A stretch of DNA of 30,043 bases from Chthoniobacteraceae bacterium (lineage in GTDB: Bacteria; Verrucomicrobiota; Verrucomicrobiia; Chthoniobacterales; Chthoniobacteraceae): NCBI GenBank assembly GCA_031409335.1, contig JANNWY010000260.1, positions 1 through 30,043 on the forward strand. The letters are read 5' to 3'. Each line of letters starts with the position of its first letter. Position 1 is the first letter of the stretch. A program made the position numbers and the translations under genes. Positions 17,877 through 26,500 of this stretch are shown here, piece after piece. The notes beneath the pieces are model-generated. The model worked only from the letters and a program-made list of their open reading frames with translations, searched no databases and was not told the origin of the DNA.

Positions 17877-18913
17877 TTCCCCTCCTGCCGGCTTTGTTTG
17901 TTTTGAATGTAGTCGCGGTAACGCTCGCTGCGCTGCTGCGGCGTCTTCATCGCGTCGCGCTTTGCCATGCCGCTGAAAAACTTTTCCTGGGTCGCCGGAT
18001 CCTGCATCCGCTCTTCCATTTTCGCGCGCCGCTCTTCCGGGGTGAGGTCTTTCATGCTCTCGAAAAATTTCTTCCCCTCATCAAACTCCGCCTGCGCCTT
18101 CGCCCGCTTGTCTTCCGGCATTTGATTGATCTTCGCCTGCATGAGGTCGCCCATCGCGCGCATCATCTTTTCCATCGCCGCATCATCCTGGCCGGTGCCG
18201 CCCCCCATCATGCCGAGCGCGCGGCGCACTGGTTCGGGCGGGCCGTTCTCCGCCGTTTGCGTTGCCGCATCGCGGCGGCGTCCGCTCAGGAAAAAGACCT
18301 GCTCCACCACGCCGCCTGCCGCTTTCGCGAGCCGCGGCATCACATCCTGAATCTCCCCGCTTTTCGGCGTGGAAGAAATCGCGGGATTCCAATCCACCGG
18401 CGTTTCCAATCGCGCGGACACATTCTTCGCAGCCTGCTCCAGATAAGCCTGGAGCGTCCCCTCCACCGCGGGCTTCACTTCCCAGCGGTCGATGCGCGGA
18501 TCGCTCGTGCCTTCATCGCCGCCGACCATCATCCCACCGGGGATGGGAACGTGAAACCGCTGCCAGCCCTCCGGCTTCTCGCCCGCGGCGCGGGCGGTGA
18601 GCAGCGCGTCGATCGGAGCTTTCGTGGGCGCGAGGAAATAGCCCAGCTCGACGCGCGCGTCGGCCACATTTGCGAGCACTTCGAGCGCATAGGAAAGCGG
18701 CACCTTGTCCACATTCATCGTTACCGTTTTGTCCGCCTCCAGATTTGTGCGAATGCGGATGCCGCCTTGTTTCTCGATGCTTTTGATCACCGTCGGCAGC
18801 GCCGCATCCGTCGCGTGGACGGTGATGAGACCCCAGCCAGCCCAGACGCGGTACCCGACATTGCCGAGCACGAGGACGATGGCGGCGAGGATGAGGAGGC
18901 GTTGGCGATTCAT
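17873..18913 (-). CDS. Membrane-anchored periplasmic protein with STN/secretin-N-like segment and helical C-terminus
   Basis: N-terminal TM; ITVHATDAALPTVIKSIEKQGG...VTMNVDKVPLSYALEVL resembles STN/N0; C-terminal MPEDKR.../LTPEERRAKM repeats; overlaps the prepilin start. Confidence 0.8.
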   Translation of the reverse strand: MNRQRLLILAAIVLVLGNVGYRVWAGWGLITVHATDAALPTVIKSIEKQGGIRIRTNLEADKTVTMNVDKVPLSYALEVLANVADARVELGYFLAPTKAPIDALLTARAAGEKPEGWQRFHVPIPGGMMVGGDEGTSDPRIDRWEVKPAVEGTLQAYLEQAAKNVSARLETPVDWNPAISSTPKSGEIQDVMPRLAKAAGGVVEQVFFLSGRRRDAATQTAENGPPEPVRRALGMMGGGTGQDDAAMEKMMRAMGDLMQAKINQMPEDKRAKAQAEFDEGKKFFESMKDLTPEERRAKMEERMQDPATQEKFFSGMAKRDAMKTPQQRSERYRDYIQNKQSRQEGK

Positions 18914-18920
18914 GGGGAGG

Positions 18921-18957
18921 AACTTTCAGCATCCCACTTCGAACGTCCAACTTTGAA
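18921..18957 (+). repeat. Degenerate heptamer tandem repeat
   Basis: aactttc agcatcc cacttcg aacgtcc aactttg aa in a 59-bp intergenic spacer. Confidence 0.4.
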
Positions 18958-18972
18958 TGCGCGAGCCCCGGG

Positions 18973-19824
18973 CTAGAATTTCCAATCAATCCCCGGCAGG
19001 TCGAAAATCATGGTCATCGACCCATGGCCGTCGGGGCGCACTTCGGTAGCGGTCCGCAGGCCCGTGCCGAGGTGGAGCGATTGACCGACCGCGTGCTGCT
19101 CCCGCTGCGCAGCGGGGATGAGCGCTTCGATGCGTTGCGTCGCCTCATTCAGCGCAGTGCGGCGACGCAGGTGCCAGTCGTCGCGCTCCGTCTCGGGGCG
19201 CTGCGGGCGGGTCAGCTTTTGTTCGCGGAGTTGGAAAAAATCCCGCTCGATCTGCTGGCGCACTCGTTCCGCAGTGGCGGCATCGAGCTTCAGCCGCGTG
19301 CTCAGCGTGGCCGTGTGCAGCCGCGCTATTTCCGCGGGCGTGTCTTCCATTTCGCCGATCACTTCCATGCGTTTCAGCCACGACATCATTTCCTGCCCAA
19401 AACGGTTATTTTCTTCCGGCTTTATTTCCTCGTTCTTCTTCTGTCGTCCCAGAAAGTCGGCAAACGAACGCACAAAATCCCCGGCCTGCTGGCCGAGTTC
19501 CTCGATGCGCCCGAGCGAGCGCCATTCTTCATTCGACATCGCGGGCAGGCTTTTGCCGATCTCGACCGCCTTCGCTTCGGCGGCGCGCAGCAACGCGGTT
19601 TCGCGCTCGATCTCCGCCGCCACGCTCGCGCTTTCTACCGTCGGCGCGGGGTCTTTCGCGGGAGCGACTGAGGTTGGCGCGGAGCGCAAAGCGACGAGTT
19701 CAGTTTTCAGCGCGCGGCTTTCGCGGAAGATCTTCACGCCCAGCACGAGCCCGCCGCACATCACGAGGCCGAGGGCTCCGAGCGCCAGGGCCGTGGATTG
19801 TGGCAAGCCAGCAGGCGCGCTCAT
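18973..19824 (-). CDS. Single-TM protein paralogous to the C-terminal domain of the upstream sigma factor
   Basis: 283 aa from MSAPAGLPQ, ATGA-coupled to the sigma stop; TM LALGALGLVMCGGLVLGV; colinear motif matches to the sigma C-terminus. Confidence 0.85.
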   Translation of the reverse strand: MSAPAGLPQSTALALGALGLVMCGGLVLGVKIFRESRALKTELVALRSAPTSVAPAKDPAPTVESASVAAEIERETALLRAAEAKAVEIGKSLPAMSNEEWRSLGRIEELGQQAGDFVRSFADFLGRQKKNEEIKPEENNRFGQEMMSWLKRMEVIGEMEDTPAEIARLHTATLSTRLKLDAATAERVRQQIERDFFQLREQKLTRPQRPETERDDWHLRRRTALNEATQRIEALIPAAQREQHAVGQSLHLGTGLRTATEVRPDGHGSMTMIFDLPGIDWKF

Positions 19825-21275
19825 GGCTGCCCGCCTCCGCCCAGCATTTCGTAATCGGAGGAGCCGCTCTCGCGCCCGCCGAACAGTTCCACGAAACTCT
19901 CCGGAATCGGTTTGCCTGGCGGCAATTGGCTGGCGAGAGATTTGTAGAGCTGTTTGGTCGCGGCATTCCGTCGTGTGTCCCACTCTGGGGCCTTACCCTT
20001 GGGCCGCTGCGGCAGCGCGAGTCCTTCCTGCTGGAGGCCGCGCAGCCAGTCGCGCGTGCGATTTTCCACGAGAGTCCGCGCAGCTTCATCGAGTCCAGTC
20101 ATCTCGCCGTAGAGCGTGGCGTAAAAGCGCGCCGCCTTTTCCGGCGCACGCTCCAGGCGCGCAATTTCGGGCATGATCCCAAAGAAATCCGTCATCCCCT
20201 CCGCCGCGTTTTCCGCCCGCGCCCGCAGCGCCGCTTGCTGTTCAGGGCTCAGCTCCGTTTTGCTGCCCTGGGCATCTGTGACTGACTCCATGATCTGCAG
20301 CGTGCGCGCCATCTTCTTCGCCATTGCGTCCACCGTGCCGAACGAAACGACGACTTCGGTTTCGACCTTCTCCTTCAGCGCGAGCAGCTCGGAGACGCGA
20401 TTTTCCGCCGCGATGCGTGCGCTGCGGCGGGCGGCGAGTAGAGCTTCCGGATTTGCTCCGGGACTGGCTCCGGCAGGGAGCGCGGCGAGTTGTGGATTCG
20501 CACTGCGGATTTGCGCGATCTCCGTCCGCAGGGTGGCGTTGGCAGTCCACTCCAGCGCGAGTGGAGTGGCAATGAGCGCGGCGGCGCAGACGACTTTGAG
20601 GGTGGTTTGAGACATGAGTGTGGTGAGAACGGCGGCGGTGGATGTCGTGGCCAGAGTAGCGGCGGCGAGCCCGGCTTGCGCGGGGATGCTGGCCTGTTGC
20701 GCGACGGCGGCAGTGAGGAGTGCGGTTGCCGAAGTGCCAATGCCGCGGCGGCGGAGTTGCGTCTCCAGATTTTGCAAAGCGCGCGACACGCGTTTGCGCG
20801 CGGCGGCTTCCTCGATGGAAAGCGCGTGCGCCATTTCGGGATACGAGAGGTCTTGGAAAAAATGCAGCACCAGCGACTCGCGTTCGCTTTCACCCAACCG
20901 CGCCAGCGCATCCTCCACGAGCGGCCAGTGCGCCTCGGACGGGGAAATCGGCGGCTCTTTTCCCGAACGCTCGTGCGCCCCGCGCCGCCGCATCTCCGCC
21001 TGCGCCGCCCGTGCGCCGATGTGGCTCGCGGCCTGATACAGCCAGCCCGCGACATTCGTCCGGCCGAGCAGCGTGCGCGCCTTCGCCGCGAGCGTGGCGA
21101 AGACCTGCTGTGCCACATCGCGCGCCAGCTCCGCATCACCCGTCCGCCTCAGCGCCGCCCCGAGCACGAGCCGCTGATAATTCCGCACGATCTCCGCAAA
21201 CGCGTCCTCATTTCCCTCCCGAGCCCACTGGCTCAGGAGCGCGGAATCATCGCGGATGGAAGGTTCACCGTGCAT
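19821..21275 (-). CDS. ECF sigma-70 factor with TM segment and C-terminal extracytoplasmic extension
   Basis: DDSALL...AFAEIV...ARDVAQQVF...GWLY; LSYPEMAHALSIEEAAARKRVSRAL; Ala-rich linker, hydrophobic segment, ~240-aa tail. Confidence 0.93.
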   Translation of the reverse strand: MHGEPSIRDDSALLSQWAREGNEDAFAEIVRNYQRLVLGAALRRTGDAELARDVAQQVFATLAAKARTLLGRTNVAGWLYQAASHIGARAAQAEMRRRGAHERSGKEPPISPSEAHWPLVEDALARLGESERESLVLHFFQDLSYPEMAHALSIEEAAARKRVSRALQNLETQLRRRGIGTSATALLTAAVAQQASIPAQAGLAAATLATTSTAAVLTTLMSQTTLKVVCAAALIATPLALEWTANATLRTEIAQIRSANPQLAALPAGASPGANPEALLAARRSARIAAENRVSELLALKEKVETEVVVSFGTVDAMAKKMARTLQIMESVTDAQGSKTELSPEQQAALRARAENAAEGMTDFFGIMPEIARLERAPEKAARFYATLYGEMTGLDEAARTLVENRTRDWLRGLQQEGLALPQRPKGKAPEWDTRRNAATKQLYKSLASQLPPGKPIPESFVELFGGRESGSSDYEMLGGGGQP

Positions 21276-21282
21276 TTACCCA

Positions 21283-21313
21283 TATACTCCGCACGGCGGG
21301 CGGATTTGTGACA
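21283..21313 (-). promoter_or_regulatory. Candidate autoregulatory ECF promoter
   Basis: Minus strand TGTCACA-N16-GGAGTATA ending 7 nt before the sigma ATG; TGTCACA is a known ECF -35 type (e.g. ECF41-like). Confidence 0.45.
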
Positions 21314-21328
21314 GGAAACTTCCGCACG

Positions 21329-21357
21329 TTGACGGGCCGGGACCGAGGTTCTAGTTT
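21329..21357 (+). promoter_or_regulatory. Sigma70 promoter for a likely leaderless antitoxin transcript
   Basis: TTGACG (21329-21334), 17 nt spacer, TAGTTT (21352-21357), then 7 nt to GTG 21365. Confidence 0.6.
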
Positions 21358-21364
21358 GCGCGAA

Positions 21365-21589
21365 GTGATCCCGACCATCGAACAAACTGAGGCCGACCTT
21401 GCCCGGATTGTGGATTTGGCGCGCTAAGGTGAGGAGGTGGTCATCACGCGCGGCGGCGAGCCGATTGCGAAATTGACCGGCTTGGTTCCAGTCCGGCCAC
21501 TCGGTTATTTTGCGGACTGTTACGGGGCGGAGGAGGCGGATGAATCCAACGAATTGGCGCGGCGTTTGGTGCGAAGGATCGTCGAGTGA
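21365..21589 (+). pseudogene. Phd/YefM family antitoxin with premature TAA at 21425-21427
   Basis: Manual translation: VIPTIEQTEADLARIVDLAR*GEEVVITRGGEPIAKLTGLVPVRPLGYFADCYGAEEADESNELARRLVRRIVE*; GEEVVITRxGxPxAxL is the Phd signature. Confidence 0.88.
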
Positions 21590-21604
21590 AGCAGTGAGTG
21601 GTGG

Positions 21605-21856
21605 CTCAGTTTGCCGTCGTCCCGGAGGGACAGTGGAAATTAGCCGGTGGTGAAAGCGAGTCCCCGAGCGGGAACCACCGGATCCAGTCAGCAAATGAGT
21701 CCGCCCCGGCGGGGCGCTGGAGTTCCGCGCACGCCGACCTTTCCATCGTCCCTCCGGGACGGGCTCGCTTTTGGTGGAAAGTCCGGTGGTTGCGTTCGTG
21801 GCTCACTTCACCACCGGCTAATTTCCGCAGTCCCTTCGGGACGAAGATAAACTGAG
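21605..21856. repeat. REP-like multi-hairpin palindromic element
   Basis: 37-bp inverted arms 21618-21654 / 21807-21843 (3 mismatches), outer ctcagttt/aaactgag, inner aaccaccgga/tccggtggtt, and four small hairpins of the form gtccc-nnn-gggac or gcccc-ggc-ggggc. Confidence 0.9.
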
Positions 21857-21919
21857 TGGCTACCGAAAATCGCGGAATGTTTGCGACTGCCAGCTTCATG
21901 GTAAAACGGCTGAAGCTCG

Positions 21920-23362
21920 CTACGCCAGCAGCGGCTTCACCACATTTCCCGCGATGTCCGTGAGCCGGTAGTCGCGGCCTTCGTGGCGGAAAGTGAGGCG
22001 CTTGTGATCGACGCCCATCGCGTGCAGTAGCGTCGCGTGCAGGTCGTGCACGTGGACGGGATCGCGCGTGATGTTGTAGCCGAAATCATCCGTCTCGCCA
22101 TAGACGAGGCCGGGCTTCATCCCGCCGCCGGCCATCCACATCGTGAAGCAGCGCGGATGATGATCGCGCCCAAAATTTCCCGGCGTGATGTCGCCCTGGC
22201 TGTAAGCCGTGCGTCCGAATTCACCGCCCCAAATGACGAGCGTGTCTTCGAGCAAACCGCGCTGCTTCAAGTCCGCGACCAGCGCCGCCGCGCCTTGATC
22301 CGTCTCCTTGCATTTCTGTTTCAAACCTGCGGGCAGCCCGCCGTGGTGATCCCAATCGCGATGGCAGAGCTGGATGAAACGCACGCCGCGCTCGGCAAGG
22401 CGTCGCGCGAGCAGGCAGTTATTCGCGAAGCTCGGCTGGCCCAGCGTCGCGCCGTAAAGTTCGAGCACTTCCTTCGGTTCCTTTGAAATGTCCGTGAGTT
22501 CCGGCACGCTCGTCTGCATCCGAAACGCGAGTTCGTAGTTCTCGATCTGCGCATTGATCGCGGGATCGCCGATGGTGCCGAGCGCCATCCGATTCAGCTC
22601 ATTTGTCGTGTCGATGAGCTGGCGTCGCGTGGTGCCGCTGATGCCTTGTGGATTGGAAACGTAGAGCACCGGATCGCCCGCGTTGCGAAACTGCACGCCG
22701 CCATATTGCGCCGGCAAAAATCCGCTGCCCCAATACCGCGTCTGCAAAGTCTGCCCACCGCCACCGCTCGTCAGCACGACGAAGGACGGCAGATCGCGAT
22801 TTGCGCTGCCGAGTCCGTACGCGAGCCACGCGCCCATCGTCGGGCGGCCCGGCTGCTGATGCCCGCTCGCGAAAAACGTGACGGCGGGATCGTGATTGAT
22901 CGGGTCGGTGAACACGGAACGCACAAACGTGCAGTCGTCCGCGACCTTCGCCAGATTCGGCAGCAACTCCGAAATATCCATCTGCGCGCGGCCGTATTTT
23001 TCGAACTTAAATGGTGAGCCGACGCACAGCAGATTCTTCTGCCCGCTCGTCATCGTCGTGATGCGCTGCCCCTTGCGAATGCTGTCTGGCAAATCCTTCC
23101 CGGTCATCTCCGTCAGCTTCGGCTTCGGATCGAACAGATCGAGATGCGACGGCGCGCCCGACATGAAGAGGTAGATGATCCGCTTCGCCTTCGCCGGAAA
23201 ATGCAACTGCCCGAGCGCGCCCGGAACGCCCGATCCGGCGGCGAAAACGTTGCCGTTGAAAAGCGAGGTGAGCGCGAGTGCGCCGATGCCGGTGGTGCTC
23301 TTTTGGAGAAAAGCGCGGCGCGTGATCTGGCGTTGGATTTCGTCGGGTATCTGCGTGCTCAT
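21920..23362 (-). CDS. DUF1501 family protein (Tat-exported, sulfatase-like)
   Basis: TRRAFL Tat motif; AKAKRIIYLFMSGAPSHLDLFDPKP; CLLARRLAERGVRF; WDHH; WGGEFGRT; GRDHH; VHVHDLHAT. Confidence 0.95.
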   Translation of the reverse strand: MSTQIPDEIQRQITRRAFLQKSTTGIGALALTSLFNGNVFAAGSGVPGALGQLHFPAKAKRIIYLFMSGAPSHLDLFDPKPKLTEMTGKDLPDSIRKGQRITTMTSGQKNLLCVGSPFKFEKYGRAQMDISELLPNLAKVADDCTFVRSVFTDPINHDPAVTFFASGHQQPGRPTMGAWLAYGLGSANRDLPSFVVLTSGGGGQTLQTRYWGSGFLPAQYGGVQFRNAGDPVLYVSNPQGISGTTRRQLIDTTNELNRMALGTIGDPAINAQIENYELAFRMQTSVPELTDISKEPKEVLELYGATLGQPSFANNCLLARRLAERGVRFIQLCHRDWDHHGGLPAGLKQKCKETDQGAAALVADLKQRGLLEDTLVIWGGEFGRTAYSQGDITPGNFGRDHHPRCFTMWMAGGGMKPGLVYGETDDFGYNITRDPVHVHDLHATLLHAMGVDHKRLTFRHEGRDYRLTDIAGNVVKPLLA

Positions 23363-23534
23363 GTTCAAGGCCGAGTCTATCTCGCGCGGAGGCATTTCCT
23401 AGATCAGTTCTGCCCGCGATGCGCGCGTCGTGACCGTCAAACCAATCGCGGAATGATTCCAAAACTCTATGCCGTCGTGAGCTTCAGCGCCCCGGCCCGC
23501 ATTTGGACGGACCGGGAAAGTTCCGCCCAAGCGG

Positions 23535-26500
23535 CTATGGCGCGATCTGCACGCGGACGAAGAATTGCGCAGCGCCGGCGTTGTCGAGTGTGACGGTTTT
23601 CGAGCCAGTCGCCGTGGTGAGGATGAGCGGGGAGACGTTTGTCCACGCCGCGAGGTCTGGGCTCGTGCTGATGCGATACAATTTTCCGGCGACGGCGGGC
23701 CACGTCACCGCGAACTGATTCGCGCCGGGAATGCTTTCGCTCGTGAAGGCGAGGCGCGATGCGGGTGAGTTCGCGATGGTGCCCGCGAAAAATTCCGCGC
23801 GGTTGTTTTGGCCGTCGCCGTCGCGGTCGAGCGCGGAGTCGTTCACCGCGGCGTTGAGGCCGTTCGCGTTTTCATACACGTCGGGAATGCTGTCGCCATC
23901 GGTGTCGGCGAGGGCGGCGAGGATGTCGAAGGTGGCGGTCTGGCCGACGACTCCGCTGCCCGTCGCGGTGATGCGCGCGGTGGTCGCGGTTTGCGTCATC
24001 GTGAGGTCGCCGAGGAATTCGCCGTTGGTCAGCGTGATCGCGGTGGGCGTCATCGTGACCGGGGTTGTCGTGCTCCACGGCAGCGTGAGCGCGGGGTTCG
24101 TCGCGTTGAAAGTGCCGGCCGCCGCGAGACGCGAGAAGTCGGTCGCGATGTTGTTGTCGGCGGTGCCGGTCCGCGCCCAAAACGTCGCGGCACCCGCGCT
24201 GAAGACCGCCTGCGGCGCGCCGCTCCAGCCGGCGTTCGCGGCGGTGACGTTGGTGCCGTTGATGGTCACGTTGAGCGTCGCGAGTTCCGGGCCGGTCCAG
24301 CCCCAGATGAAAAAGTCGCGCAGCGTGTTCGTCGCGTCGAAGAGCATGATCCAGCCTTTGCTCGTGCCGGTGGAAGACCAGTTAATTGGGCTGCCCCACG
24401 AGGTGCGCGGGGCGAGGTTCGTCTCGGAAATCCAGACGAGCCCGCTCGCGCCGAGGCTGGCGGGCAGTGCGAGCTGCGTCGCATTCACGACGTTGATATT
24501 CGCGGCGGCATCGTTGATCCGCACGTACCAGCCGTTCGTGTTCACCGCGGCGTTCGTCACGTTTTGCAACTCGATCTGATCCTCCTGCGCGTCGGTGATT
24601 TCGGTGATGACGACGGGCGATCCGCTGAAACCGCCGCCCGCACTCGCGACGAGCGTGGTGCTGCCGCTGAAGGTCGTGACGAGCCGCTCCGCGGAATCGC
24701 GCGCGGTGAGCCACACGGCAAAAGGCGCGTTCACATTCGCCGTCGCGGGCGGGCCGTAGTGCCAGGTGAAATGATGCAGCGCCCCCGACGTGGCGATAGT
24801 GATGGCGAGATTCTGCTGCGCCGTGCCGCCGGGATTCGTCGCGCTGATCGTCGCGGAAAATGTGCCCGTCGCCGTCGGCGTGCCGCCGATGAGTCCGCTC
24901 GCCGTATTCACCGAAAGCCCAGCCGGCAGCCCGCTCGCGCTGTAGCTCGTCGGCGTTTTTGTCGCGGTGATTTGATACGCGAAAGGGTCGCCAAGCACGC
25001 CGCTCGCGGTCGCGGCGCTCGTGACGGAAGGCGGGCCGTCGCTGCCCGGCGTGCCGTTCACGGCGGGCGAGGCGCTCCAAGTGTAATCCTGATCCCAATC
25101 CTGCGGATACGACGCGCTTTGATTTGCGGTGGCGAGCGAGTAGCCGCTCGTCGCGGTGCTCGGATACCACGACGCTTCGTAGCGGAAATTCAGGATGTGA
25201 ATGTCCCACGGCACGGGCAGCGTGAGCTTGATCGTCTCGCCATCGTTATCGAGTCCGCCGCTCCACGCGCCCGCGGCGAGCACGCTGGCAGCGGCGGGAT
25301 AGCGCGAAAGAAACGCGGTGCGATCGCGGCAGACGACGATGAACGCGCCAGTCGCCAGTGTGGTGCCCGGCGCGAAGGTATAATCGACGCCCTGCGTGAA
25401 ACGCACGCCGCTCAAATCGAGCGTCGTCGCGCCGATGTTTTGCAACTCGATAAATTCGAAAGTGCTCCCGCCTTGCGGCGCATACATCACTTCCGTGATG
25501 CGCAGGCCATTGAGCGAACCGGGATGCGTCGCGGGCACGGTGGTGTTGTTCGCGAGGCCAGGCGTGGGCACCGCGAAATTCGTGAACGTCGCCGCCGCAT
25601 CCGTCGTGCGGCCCGTCGAGTAGTCGGCGTATTGCGTCACGGCATCGACTTGATCGAGCACCGCGCCATTCGCGCCGAGCAGCCAGATGAAGCCGAAATC
25701 GCCATTGAGTCCGAACGTGAGATAACTCGCATCCAGCACGAGATGTCCGCCCGCCGCGATGAAGCTGAGGTCGGGGAAAGTCTGGCGCGCGGGGTAGTTC
25801 GCGATGTCGTCCGTGACGCGCGCGCTGCCGAGCGCGACGGGCGTGGCGGCGGGGTTGTAGAGTTCGATGAAATCGCCATCGAGCCGGTAGTCGGGTTTGC
25901 ACACCCACTCGTTGAGTTTCACGCCGGTCACCGCGCCGAGCGCGACGGCGGTGCCATTCGCCGCACCGAGCGTCGGCACGGTGAGCGCCCACGTCCCCGG
26001 TGCGGCGGCGGTGCGCGAGATGGAGAGATCCGCGATTTGCAGGCCGAAAAGCACCTCGTCCTGCAACACGATTGCCGCGTTGTAAAGCCGCACGGAATCG
26101 CCGAGCACATCTAGCTCAAATCCTGTGTGCAGGCCCGCCGCCGCCGTATCGGCGTCCGCGAAAACCAAAAGATAGCCGCCCGCCGCGATCGTCGTCCCGG
26201 CAGGGAAAACGTATTTCTGCGGCGTGCCGATTTGATCGCTCAAACTCCAGCCCGTGAGATTCACGGCGGACGCGCCCGGATTGTGCAGCTCGATCACATC
26301 GGGATAAGTCGCGCCGTTCAGCAGCGTCACCGCATTGCTCGCGAGCACTTCATTGATCCGCACGCTCGGTGCCGCCGTCGCCGCTGTGGTCCCGACGCTC
26401 GTGCCGGTGTTCGTGATTTTCGGCTGCCCGATCAGCCCGAGCAGATACGACTGCCGCTGCGTCATAAAAGTCTTCATCTCCGTGCGCACCGCCGCGGGCA

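Noticed and set aside
21598..21899. Short ORFs across the palindromic element (also 16042-16447)
   Set aside because: Translations of repeat DNA with no protein features.
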